Positions 29,110 to 37,884 of a stretch of DNA of 64,000 bases are shown here, in pieces (position 1 is the first letter of the stretch; every line of letters begins with the position of its first letter). The stretch comes from a virus (Duplodnaviria > Caudoviricetes), in the IMG/VR virus record IMGVR_UViG_3300025087_000034; one strand, given 5' to 3'. Made by a program: the position numbers and the translations under genes. A model generated the notes under the pieces. It saw only the letters and a program-made list of their open reading frames with translations, ran no database searches and had not been told where the DNA came from.

Positions 29110-30186
29110 ATGGTTAAAACTTTTTCCTTCCGTATAAAAGATTCCACCTCTGCTAAGCACCTTTATGCTATGGCTAGAGCTGTAAACTTTGTATGGAACT
29201 ATTGCAATGAGGTTCAAAAGAAGGCTGCTAATAGTCATAGGCCCTGGGTTAATTGGGTAATGTTAAATAACCTAACTTCCGGGTGTTCCAAGGAACTTCG
29301 TTTGCATAGCCAAACTATTCAAGCTATTGACGAATGTTATGCTACTTCACTAAAGGAAGCCAAATCTCCTACTGGTAAAAAGAAACGTTTCCTACGATTC
29401 CGTGGTAGAAGAAGCCAGGGCTGGATTCCTTTCAAAGCTTCTGGAATAAAACTTCGTAAGGATTCCGTTGTTTACCAAGGACGAATATTCCGCTTCTGGA
29501 AGACTCGAAGTATTCCTGAACAAATTAAGGGTGGAAACTTCTCTTGTGACGTTAGGGGTCGTTGGTACCTTAACCTTGTCTGTGAATACGAGGAAGCCCT
29601 TGTTTCCAACGAAGGTAGTGTTGGCATTGATTTAGGACTTAAGTCTTTGGCTACCTTGTCTAACGGTAAAAAGTACGATGCTCAAAAGTTCTTCCGCAAG
29701 TATGAGAGAAAGCTTGCTCACCACCAACGGTGTAATAATGCACGTCAAGTAAGAACGATTCATGCTAAGATAGCTAACTCTCGTAAAGATTTCAACCATA
29801 AAGTTTCCCATGAGTTGACCAGAGACTTTAATAAGGTATTCATCGGTGACGTAGACAGCCTTGGTCTATTAAAGACCAGGCTAGCCAAGTCAGTTTCCGA
29901 CGCTTCTTGGGGTCAGCTCCGTACCTTCATTGAATACAAAGCGATTGCGCGTGGTGGTACGTACTACGTTGTTGACGAGAACAACACTACTCGAACCTGT
30001 TCAGCCTGTGGGTGCCTTACTGGGCCCTCCGGTCTAGCAGGGCTTCGAGTTAGAGAATGGCAGTGTAAAGAGTGTGGCACGGTGCACGATAGGGATACCA
30101 ACTCAGCTATCAATATTGAACAACGAGGCCTCTCAACTCTGCATTCTCCACTCAGGACATTGAGTGCTAAAGAGGAAATTCCTTAG
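29110..30186 (+). CDS. tnpB: TnpB RNA-guided endonuclease (rearranged RuvC-II type)
   Basis: ATG 29110 after GGAGG. VNFVWNYC, GIDLGLK, VFIGDV, VDENNTTRTCSAC, CKECGTVHDRDTNSAINI. Confidence 0.92.
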   Translation: MVKTFSFRIKDSTSAKHLYAMARAVNFVWNYCNEVQKKAANSHRPWVNWVMLNNLTSGCSKELRLHSQTIQAIDECYATSLKEAKSPTGKKKRFLRFRGRRSQGWIPFKASGIKLRKDSVVYQGRIFRFWKTRSIPEQIKGGNFSCDVRGRWYLNLVCEYEEALVSNEGSVGIDLGLKSLATLSNGKKYDAQKFFRKYERKLAHHQRCNNARQVRTIHAKIANSRKDFNHKVSHELTRDFNKVFIGDVDSLGLLKTRLAKSVSDASWGQLRTFIEYKAIARGGTYYVVDENNTTRTCSACGCLTGPSGLAGLRVREWQCKECGTVHDRDTNSAINIEQRGLSTLHSPLRTLSAKEEIP

Positions 30187-30240
30187 GAATCCCCTGACTT
30201 TAGTCGGGGGAGGATGTCAATGCTTCGTTCTTTTGATTTG
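30060..30240 (+). ncRNA. TnpB omega/reRNA (scaffold to 30220, guide from the right flank)
   Basis: Established architecture of tnpB elements. The 5' boundary is approximate and not directly visible. Confidence 0.55.
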
Positions 30241-30402
30241 GGTTTTTTAGGAATAGTTCCCTATAATAATTTAGATCCACAGGATATGTATTCTTATCGT
30301 CTAGAGTTTTCTTCTATAAACTTACAGAGTATTACTGCAGAAGATAAGTTGTTTTTTATAATAAGGGACCCGCGGTCGGTTATTACCTCTGTGCATCCTT
30401 CA

Positions 30403-30412
30403 GGGGGGGGGG
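30403..30412 (+). repeat. G10 homopolymer tract (candidate phase-variation site)
   Basis: The longest G run I saw in the window. G9 or G12 would put the sulfotransferase halves in frame. Confidence 0.8.
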
Positions 30413-30823
30413 CCTTATGGATTTGATTATTCTGGGTGGATTAAGAATTTTCTTTTAGTAGAGCACTTATTTTTGTGTCCATTTTTATGCACAATATGGT
30501 TTGACGATCTTATATTACGCCCTAGTTTGGTTGAGGGTGTTATTTCAAGGTTTTTAAGGGCATCCCCTGTTAAATCATTTGAGTCTCATGGGGATACTTT
30601 TGAAGCAAAGTACGTTGGAGAAGACGGGATGGGGTTTGAAGCAGGGGGCTTTAGGTCTTTTGATGCAGAAAAGGTTTGTTCTTGGGAAAAAATAGAGCAT
30701 AGGGAGCGTTTAAAGAAGCAAATAATAACAAGTCCTTCTATGTTGAGCGATTTAGTGTACTTAGGGTTTGAGAATGACTCTTCTTGGGTTGCTGCCCTTT
30801 AATTCTAGCTTAGGAGACTACGT

Positions 30824-31864
30824 ATGAGAATTAAATTTTGTAATCCTATAACTCCGGATTTAAAATTAGTTAATTCCTACCTAAAAGAAAGCTTTACTTC
30901 TGGGTATTTATCTAATTTTGGTCCTGCCTATACTGAATTGTGTAGGAAGTTTAAAGAAAATGTATTTAATCTAGGCCCAGATAGGGAAATATTATTGACA
31001 TCTTCCGGTCACACTGCTCTTATGGCTGCTTATGCCGCTTTAGGGGTAAAAAGGCTATTGGTGCCGTCTTTTACATTTGAGGCTACTAGAGCGGCTGCTA
31101 CTTTGCAGGGTATAGGTACCATAATAAAGGATGTTGATCCTATGTCGGGATGTTTTACCGTTGATATTATAAAATCTGTGGACCCCTCCACATATGATGC
31201 TATAGTGGTTGTTTGTGCTTTATCAACAATACCAGATTTGGATAGTATACAACGATATTGTAGGTCGATGGGAAAACGTATGATTATTGATGCCGCCCCA
31301 GCTTTTGGTACTAAGAATATTTATTATTATGGGGATGCTTTTTGCTTGTCTTTTCATGCTACGAAAACATTGCCGGCCGGGGAGGGTGGAGCGGTTATAC
31401 TTAAATCAGATTACTACGATAAGGCTAGAAGTTTTATAAATTTTGGTTTCGATGACAAAAAAAATGTTTCTATGGTGGGCATGAATGCAAAGATTAGTGA
31501 GTATTCGTGTGCTGTTTTGCTGGCTCTTATTGAAAAAGTCAGGTTTGTTGTGGACAAGAGGCTAGAGAATTTACAGGTTTATCGTTCTTTTATTGACCAT
31601 TTAATACCTCCTACTTGGGTTTATAACACTGTGTACCAAAGTCTACCAATTTTTTTAGATAGCTCAGAAAAAGTTGGTCCTATAAGGAAAAGGTTGTCGG
31701 AGGTTGGAGTAGACACCCTACAATATTACTCCCCACTAGACCCTGGTTCTCCTGTTTCTGCTTCCCTTTATAGCAGAAATATAAATATTCCTATACACCA
31801 AGGTGTAAGTATAGAGGATATAGGTTTTATTTGTTCTGTAATTTTAGATGGGGGTTTAGAATGA
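30824..31864 (+). CDS. DegT/DnrJ/EryC1/StrS PLP-dependent sugar aminotransferase (VioA/WecE-like)
   Basis: SNFGP, SSGHTAL, IIDAAPAFG, SFHATKTLPAGEGG, GMNAKISE. Confidence 0.9.
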   Translation: MRIKFCNPITPDLKLVNSYLKESFTSGYLSNFGPAYTELCRKFKENVFNLGPDREILLTSSGHTALMAAYAALGVKRLLVPSFTFEATRAAATLQGIGTIIKDVDPMSGCFTVDIIKSVDPSTYDAIVVVCALSTIPDLDSIQRYCRSMGKRMIIDAAPAFGTKNIYYYGDAFCLSFHATKTLPAGEGGAVILKSDYYDKARSFINFGFDDKKNVSMVGMNAKISEYSCAVLLALIEKVRFVVDKRLENLQVYRSFIDHLIPPTWVYNTVYQSLPIFLDSSEKVGPIRKRLSEVGVDTLQYYSPLDPGSPVSASLYSRNINIPIHQGVSIEDIGFICSVILDGGLE

Positions 31865-33120
31865 AGGACCTGCTAATTTTTGTTCCGTTAGATACTTTTG
31901 CGAAGGCACAATATGAGTTTCTTCCATTAGGTCCATTATATTTGTCTTCGTATTTAAGTAGGGCAGGATTTGAAGTAGATGTTGTTCATGGCTTAGTTTC
32001 AGATATAAAGCCAGGGTATAAATACTACGGGCTTTCTGCGTCTACTGCTCAGTATATAATGATAAAAGAAGCTCTTTCTTATATTAGGGAAATACAGTTG
32101 GGGGCGGTTGTTGTGGCAGGGGGGCCCCATTTTAATGCAGGGCAGTGTGTAGAGGAGGCTCGTGGTGACGGATGGGACCATATAGTGGTCGGTGATGGTG
32201 AGGTGGCCTTGTTAGATATTATGTCTAATAAGGTTTCTAGGACTGACCTTGTAATATATGGCACCCCTATTTTAAACGTTGACGAGGTTCCTTTCCCCGA
32301 CTACGATAAATTAGACATACATAAGTATAATTTTCCTTTAAAAGATGGATTAAAATGTGTAAATATTATAACTTCTAGAGGATGCCCCTTTAAGTGTGCT
32401 TTTTGTAGCACTTCCAATAAGAAGCTAAGGCAAAGGTCAGCAGATAACGTTTTGGAAGAGGTAGACCTATTAATAAATAAGTATGGTTTTGATAGTCTTA
32501 TGTTTGTTGATGACACAATGTCGATAAACTCTAAAAGATACTACTCAATACTGTCTGGTTTGGAGGAGTTTGACTTAAAATGGCGTTCTTATGCTAGAAC
32601 TACTACTATAACCTATGAAGGCCTAGAAAGAATGAAGAGGTCTGGGTGTATAGAGGCAGGACCTGGCATAGAATCCGGAAATCAGGATATTTTGGATATG
32701 ATAGGAAAAGGGACAAACGTTGAGTCAAATATTGCCTGGTGTAGGCGGTGTGAGGAAACAGGTATAACCTGTACACCCTCAATCATAATAGGTTTACCAA
32801 ATGAGTCTTATAGTACTATTAATGATGCACTAGTTTTTATGGAGAGGGCTAAGACTAGTGCCTTTGCATATAATATGCTTATGCCTTTTCCTGACTCTCC
32901 TATTTTACAAAATTATGATTACTGGAAAGATTATGTAACGGTATACCCTTATACGTGGGAAGATTGTGTTACTAAATCTAAGAAAATAACCAAGTGTTTT
33001 ATTTCTACCCCGTACCTGACAAGGGAACAGATATTGGAAGAGTACTATAAAAATTATGGTCGTTTTGCTGAAATCACAGGGTTTGACCCTAGAAAAAGGG
33101 GCACTAGAAAAGATGATTAG
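31861..33120 (+). CDS. cobalamin-binding radical SAM enzyme (class B methyltransferase-like)
   Basis: PLGPLYLSSYL, VVAGGPH, GDGE B12 domain; SRGCPFKCAFC; FVDD; GIESG. Confidence 0.9.
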   Translation: MKDLLIFVPLDTFAKAQYEFLPLGPLYLSSYLSRAGFEVDVVHGLVSDIKPGYKYYGLSASTAQYIMIKEALSYIREIQLGAVVVAGGPHFNAGQCVEEARGDGWDHIVVGDGEVALLDIMSNKVSRTDLVIYGTPILNVDEVPFPDYDKLDIHKYNFPLKDGLKCVNIITSRGCPFKCAFCSTSNKKLRQRSADNVLEEVDLLINKYGFDSLMFVDDTMSINSKRYYSILSGLEEFDLKWRSYARTTTITYEGLERMKRSGCIEAGPGIESGNQDILDMIGKGTNVESNIAWCRRCEETGITCTPSIIIGLPNESYSTINDALVFMERAKTSAFAYNMLMPFPDSPILQNYDYWKDYVTVYPYTWEDCVTKSKKITKCFISTPYLTREQILEEYYKNYGRFAEITGFDPRKRGTRKDD

Positions 33121-33724
33121 AACATATACACAGGATTGGTTTGATAGGTGTATACCTTCTTGGACAAAATATCTTGATAAATATAAGGGAAAGGAAAACC
33201 TTAGGTTTCTAGAAGTTGGAAGTTATGAGGGGCGTTCCACTTGTTGGTTGTTGGACAATATTCTTACACATTTATCATCTAAAATAAAGTGTTTTGATTT
33301 GTTTGAGGGTTGTTCTTCTCAGGGGGAGTGGTCTAAAGAACTCTACGATAGGTATAATATGAGTGAGGTTTTCAGGAACTTCATTAGTAATGTTTCTTCT
33401 TATGGTGACCGTGTTGAATATAGGGTAGGGGTTTCTCAAGAACTCTTACGTGAACTAGGGCATTCTCCCTTGTTTGATTTTATATATATAGATGGTTCCC
33501 ATATAGCTTGTGACGTTCTTGAAGATTCCGTTCTTGCTTTTAGGCTTCTTAAGCCCAACGGTATAATGATATTGGATGACTATACCTGGGAATTTTTTGA
33601 GGAACCTTTACGCCATCCTAAAATGGGAATAGATGCTTTTCTTACTATTTTTCATGGTCAATTTGATGTGTTGTTAAAAGACAGACAGGTTATATTAAGA
33701 AAGACAGGAATAAAAGAAGAGTAA
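33113..33724 (+). CDS. class I SAM-dependent methyltransferase (Methyltransf_24-like)
   Basis: FLEVGSYEGRS, FDFIYIDGSH, LLKPNGIMILDDY. Its stop codon is supplied by the IscB element end. Confidence 0.88.
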   Translation: MIRTYTQDWFDRCIPSWTKYLDKYKGKENLRFLEVGSYEGRSTCWLLDNILTHLSSKIKCFDLFEGCSSQGEWSKELYDRYNMSEVFRNFISNVSSYGDRVEYRVGVSQELLRELGHSPLFDFIYIDGSHIACDVLEDSVLAFRLLKPNGIMILDDYTWEFFEEPLRHPKMGIDAFLTIFHGQFDVLLKDRQVILRKTGIKEE

Positions 33725-33967
33725 GCAACCCCACGCCTAAGGGCGGGGGCTTTCGAGTCCTTGCTTACTAGGGAACAATTCCAAAAAAGGAGTCGTTAAT
33801 CGTTGAGTAGAAGAAATACATACACACCTACGGATGCTCCTCAAGTTCGTAGCAACTGTGACGCTGAATTAAAAACCCCTAGGGGTAGGGGTGGTGTTCA
33901 GCGTTTAAAAACTCTACCCAACCGTCCCGATGAGGATCTAATCTTAGCTTCGGCTAAGAGACAGAAC
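33700..33967 (+). ncRNA. IscB omega RNA 1 (5' flank-derived guide + scaffold)
   Basis: ~250-nt hairpin-rich leader conserved with 49451-49701, upstream of a PLMP-type iscB. Confidence 0.75.
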
Positions 33968-35217
33968 TTGCGAGTCTCTGTCTATGTCTTAAACCAGCGA
34001 AGTCAGCCATTGATGCCAACAACACCAAGAAAAGCTGAGAAGCTATTGAAGGAGGGAAAGGCTATAGTTGTTAAGCGAGCGCCTTTCACTATTCAGTTGA
34101 CCTATTCTACGGGAGAGAACAAACAGCCCATCAGGCTAGGGGTAGATAGTGGTTTCGTACACGTAGGATTATCAGCAGTTTCAAAGAAACAAGAACTTTA
34201 CTCTGCCGAGGTTCAACTACGAATCGATATAGTGAATTTATTATCGGAACGTAGGTCTTATAGGAGAAATCGTAGAAATAGAAAGACTCGCTATCGTCAA
34301 GCTCGTTTCCTTAATCGAGGTATAAAAAAAGGCTGGCGGGCTCCTTCTATTCAGCACAAATTGGATAGCCATATTAGGTTGGTAAACAAGGTTAAGCAAA
34401 TCTTACCCATTACTGAGGTGGTGGTAGAGGTAGCCTCGTTTGATATTCAGAAGATAAAGAACCCAGAGATAAGTGGTAAACAGTATCAAGAGGGGGAACA
34501 AAAGGACTTTTGGAACACCAGAGAATACATCCTTCATAGAGATGACCATAAGTGCTGCCATTGTAAGGGTAAATCAAAGGACCCCATTCTTAGTGTTCAC
34601 CATTTGGAATCTAGGAAGACTGGTGGTGATAAACCAGCTAATTTGATAACGCTGTGTAAGACGTGCCACGATGATTACCATGGTGGAAAAATTGAATTGA
34701 AAGCGAAACCTTCCAAAGGGTTCAAAGCTGAAGTTTTTATGACAATGGTACGATGGCGCTTAGTAGAACAGTTGCAATGTAGGTACATCTATGGCTATGT
34801 CACCAAACAAGCTAGGGTATTGTTAGGCTTGCCTAAGAGCCATATCAACGACGCATTTGTAATCGTGAGTTCAGGGGCGTGTCCTAGAAGCCAAACCTAC
34901 TTTATTAAGCAGGTTAGAAAGCAAAATCGTAAGCTCTTTAAGGGACTACATAGTGGAATAAGAAACACAGCAACTCGTTATATCCAAGGTTTTCAACGGT
35001 ATGATAAAGTACTATGGAAGGGACAGGAGTGTTTTGTGTTTGGTAGACGAACCACGGGTTACTTTGACCTGAGATTATTAGACGGCACCAAAGTCCATAC
35101 TTCAGCTAAGGCTAAGGACTGTGTTAGACTAGAAAGCGGTAAAACGTTACTAACCCAAATAAGGAGCAGCGCTTCCTCCCCATGGTTAAAACCAAGGGTT
35201 TCCGCGCTGGAGATTCA
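33721..35217 (+). mobile_element. non-autonomous iscB (IS200/IS605 family) element 1
   Basis: Starts GTAAGCAACCCCACGCCTAAGGGCGGGGGC, ends with hairpin ...GGGTTTCCGCGCTGGAGATTCA directly before ATGA. Ends are homologous to element 2. Confidence 0.85.
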
Positions 35218-35221
35218 ATGA
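33968..35221 (+). CDS. iscB: IscB RNA-guided endonuclease 1
   Basis: YVLNQRSQPLMP, LGVDSG (RuvC-I), Arg-rich bridge helix, VVEV, HNH (VHHL..RKTGGD...NLITLCKTCH), SHINDA. Start TTG 33968 is inferred. Confidence 0.93.
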   Translation: MRVSVYVLNQRSQPLMPTTPRKAEKLLKEGKAIVVKRAPFTIQLTYSTGENKQPIRLGVDSGFVHVGLSAVSKKQELYSAEVQLRIDIVNLLSERRSYRRNRRNRKTRYRQARFLNRGIKKGWRAPSIQHKLDSHIRLVNKVKQILPITEVVVEVASFDIQKIKNPEISGKQYQEGEQKDFWNTREYILHRDDHKCCHCKGKSKDPILSVHHLESRKTGGDKPANLITLCKTCHDDYHGGKIELKAKPSKGFKAEVFMTMVRWRLVEQLQCRYIYGYVTKQARVLLGLPKSHINDAFVIVSSGACPRSQTYFIKQVRKQNRKLFKGLHSGIRNTATRYIQGFQRYDKVLWKGQECFVFGRRTTGYFDLRLLDGTKVHTSAKAKDCVRLESGKTLLTQIRSSASSPWLKPRVSALEIQ

Positions 35222-35877
35222 CTGCTTTAGCTATAGTAGGAGCAGGGGGCCATGGTAGAGAGGTTTTATTATATTCTCAAGGGGTGCATGATTATAAATT
35301 TGAGGACGTATTTTTTCTTGACGATAATGAGAAACTAATAGGTTCTTATGTTTGTGATGCTTTGGTATTAGGTACAATAGAGGGGACCGTTGAAAGGCTG
35401 GATCCAGAAGATACCCTTTTTGTATGTGCCGTGGGTTCCCCTTATTTACGTATGGCCTTTGTTAACAGAGTACTCGCTGTGTGGGGCGACAGGGCTAAGT
35501 TCGCAAACATAGTGCATAGTAGTATTTTTTTATCGAAGTTTGTAAGTTTGGGTGTCGGGAGTATGGTTTGTCCTGGTACCTTAGTGACTACCAATGTAAA
35601 GATAGGTAACCATGTGAGTGTAAATTTGAATTGCACTCTAAGTCACGATGTTGTTATCGAGGACTTTGTGAATTTATCCCCCGCTGTACATTTATGTGGC
35701 GGTAGTATTCTTCGGGAGGGGTGCGACATAGGGGCGGCTGTAACTGTAATACCTAAGGTAGAAATTGGGGAGGGGGCTGTAGTAGGTGCCGGTGCTTGTG
35801 TTATTTCTGATATTCCACCACATAGTCTGGCTGTTGGTGTTCCTGCCAGAATTGTTCGTCACAATTTAAATAAGTGA
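35218..35877 (+). CDS. NeuD/PglD/VioB-family sugar N/O-acetyltransferase
   Basis: IVGAGGHGREV, FLDDN, AVGSP.LR, hexapeptide repeats (HD..IEDFV), VGVPAR. Confidence 0.9.
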   Translation: MTALAIVGAGGHGREVLLYSQGVHDYKFEDVFFLDDNEKLIGSYVCDALVLGTIEGTVERLDPEDTLFVCAVGSPYLRMAFVNRVLAVWGDRAKFANIVHSSIFLSKFVSLGVGSMVCPGTLVTTNVKIGNHVSVNLNCTLSHDVVIEDFVNLSPAVHLCGGSILREGCDIGAAVTVIPKVEIGEGAVVGAGACVISDIPPHSLAVGVPARIVRHNLNK

Positions 35878-35884
35878 GGGCCTT

Positions 35885-36910
35885 ATGAAAATATTAGTTT
35901 GCTGTCCGGGGTCTTGGCGTCATGGTTTAGATAGCCCAGAAAGAGGGGAGGGTCGTTGGGCACAAAATTTAGCTCGTTTGCTAGGAAAGCTGGGGCATGA
36001 TGTATATGCCTGTAGTATGGGTGCTCCTATATGGGGGGAAGGTATAGTTGCTCAGAACGTGCGTCTTATACAAGAGCACGAGGCTAAGCAATTCCAGCCT
36101 TTTGATATATACATAGATACTGCTTGGTGGAATGAGAAGGTTCCCTCTGCTACAGCAAAGAAAAATTTCCATGTCCACTGGTCATTAGAGCAGCATTTAA
36201 GAACAGTTAACTTTCCAAAAGACCACTATATTATTTATCCCTATTATAGTTCAAAAGAATATTTTATTGGGGATTTTAATCCTATAAATGATAGAACTTT
36301 CTTTTTACCCGTTCCTCTATGTGAGACATTTGCTGAGCCTTCTTTTGATAAAAAAAGTTTACTTTGTCCTACAAGCGGTAATTCTTGGGACCATGCTCCT
36401 TACGAGTTATTTTCTATTTTTTCTAGGGTTTTGAAGGAAATCTTAAAAGAAAACCCTGATTTATCTACTGATTGGTTGTTTAGTGACGCTCTTGTGCCAC
36501 CAATATCCAAGCGTAATCTTATTAGCGAGTTGGATAATCGGGCAGGAAAAGATAGGTTTCATAGAACCTTACCATACCATAAAGTAATGTCTATTATTTC
36601 CAGTTGTAAGTTAGCTGTTCCCCTTAGAATACAGGGCTGCCTATTGGATTCAACCGCCCTTGGTGTCCCTACTATTGTTTGGGAAGAGTGTTGCTGGTTC
36701 CCAAGAATTAAACAAATAGCGGAAAATAACGGTGTTCTTATAGAAAAGGGAAATGAAACATGTGATAGACTTAAGCATATTGTTTCTTTACTTCTTACAG
36801 ATAAAGAATTATATATAAAGTATGTTAAGGAGCTTCAAGGTGAACTTGGTCATCATACAGAGGCCGGTACTGCAGCGTGTTTTAATCATATATTGGAACA
36901 GATTTTTTAA
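35885..36910 (+). CDS. divergent GT-B glycosyltransferase (paralog of 39306-40304)
   Basis: MKILVCCP...GEGRWAQNLARLLGKLGHDV N-terminus and LDSTALGVPTIV C-terminus. Confidence 0.6.
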   Translation: MKILVCCPGSWRHGLDSPERGEGRWAQNLARLLGKLGHDVYACSMGAPIWGEGIVAQNVRLIQEHEAKQFQPFDIYIDTAWWNEKVPSATAKKNFHVHWSLEQHLRTVNFPKDHYIIYPYYSSKEYFIGDFNPINDRTFFLPVPLCETFAEPSFDKKSLLCPTSGNSWDHAPYELFSIFSRVLKEILKENPDLSTDWLFSDALVPPISKRNLISELDNRAGKDRFHRTLPYHKVMSIISSCKLAVPLRIQGCLLDSTALGVPTIVWEECCWFPRIKQIAENNGVLIEKGNETCDRLKHIVSLLLTDKELYIKYVKELQGELGHHTEAGTAACFNHILEQIF

Positions 36911-36928
36911 TCGTATTTAGGAGGCACA

Positions 36929-37879
36929 ATGTCTTTCAAAAGATTAAATATTTTTATTACAGGTATAAATGGTTTTCTAGGAACTGCTACGGCAGAATAT
37001 TTTTTAAACTGTGGTGCACATGTTATCGGTTTAGTTAGAGATCAGAATAGAAAGACAATGAGGGGGATTCAGGATAGATGTTCCATTGTTTATGGGGATG
37101 TTACTGATAAGTCATTGGTTCAGCGTATTATTTCCCATTATGAGGTTGACTATGTTATACATCTTGCCTCTCAGCCCATAGTTAAGATTTGTGATAATGA
37201 CCCCTATACTGCTTATAATACTAATGTTATGGGCGTTGTTAGTGTTTTGGAGGCGTGCAGAGTAATGAGGCAGGCAGCACCACGGGTCTTGGTAATGTCC
37301 TCGGATAAGTTCTATAGTAATGCACAAGAGCTTCCTTATGTAGAGGATTTATCCCCTATTGTCTCTGATACATATTGTACGTCCAAGCTATGCCAAGATT
37401 TTATTGCCCGTTCATACGCTATTACCTATAACCTACCTATATTTACGGCTCGTGCGGGTAACATCTACGGTCCAGGGGACTTGAACTTGTCTCGTCTTAT
37501 ACCAAAAAACACCATTAGAATTCTTGAGGGTGATAATCCGGTTTTGTATGGTCAGGCGGCTGAGTTTGTTAGGGAATTTTTGTACATAGACGATATAATG
37601 ACTGCTTTTGACACACTACTTACAAAAGCGGTTCCAGGGGAGGCCTATAATATTGGTGGTACCAAGCCGTATAAGATACTAGATGTTTTAGAACTCTTAA
37701 GAGACAAGATAAACCCAAATATTAAAATAGATGTAGTTGATGTTGATTTTTACGAAATAAGCAAGCAGTATTTAGACGCTTCGAAACTCATGTCTTTAGG
37801 GTGGTGCCCTAAGGTTTCTTTGGACGAAGGTTTGTCTCGAACTATTTCTTGGTATAAAGACTATTTAAATAGGGTTTAA
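36929..37879 (+). CDS. NAD-dependent NDP-sugar 4,6-dehydratase/epimerase (RfbG/Gmd-like)
   Basis: ITGINGFLG, HLASQP, TNVMG, SSDKFY, YCTSK, RAGNIYGPGD, REFLYIDD. Confidence 0.9.
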   Translation: MSFKRLNIFITGINGFLGTATAEYFLNCGAHVIGLVRDQNRKTMRGIQDRCSIVYGDVTDKSLVQRIISHYEVDYVIHLASQPIVKICDNDPYTAYNTNVMGVVSVLEACRVMRQAAPRVLVMSSDKFYSNAQELPYVEDLSPIVSDTYCTSKLCQDFIARSYAITYNLPIFTARAGNIYGPGDLNLSRLIPKNTIRILEGDNPVLYGQAAEFVREFLYIDDIMTAFDTLLTKAVPGEAYNIGGTKPYKILDVLELLRDKINPNIKIDVVDVDFYEISKQYLDASKLMSLGWCPKVSLDEGLSRTISWYKDYLNRV

Positions 37880-37884
37880 ATAAA

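Larger units (their letters stand above)
28969..30220 (+). mobile_element. non-autonomous IS200/IS605-family element (tnpB only)
   Basis: Inserted 3' of TTAT (28965-68). Left hairpin cccatccc-ttta-ggggtggg; right hairpin cccctgac-ttta-gtcggggg ending GATGTCAA at 30220. No tnpA. Confidence 0.88.
28908..30802 (+). pseudogene. sulfotransferase interrupted by the tnpB element and frameshifted at a G10 tract
   Basis: 5' piece MPRLVVLSNPRSGTSLLTHL (5'-PSB motif), 3' pieces FIIRDPRSVITS (3'-PB motif) and WFDDLILRP. Removing 28969-30220 and one G from 30403-30412 gives one 213-aa ORF. Confidence 0.82.

Noticed and set aside
28969-30220. IStron (group I intron-IS hybrid) that would splice out of the sulfotransferase mRNA
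   Set aside because: Only ~140 nt precede tnpB, too short for a group I ribozyme, and the element ends in TCAA rather than a terminal G.
30214-30426. Stand-alone 70-aa gene from the ORF track
   Set aside because: Its ATG lies inside the IS right end; it is the middle fragment of the sulfotransferase.
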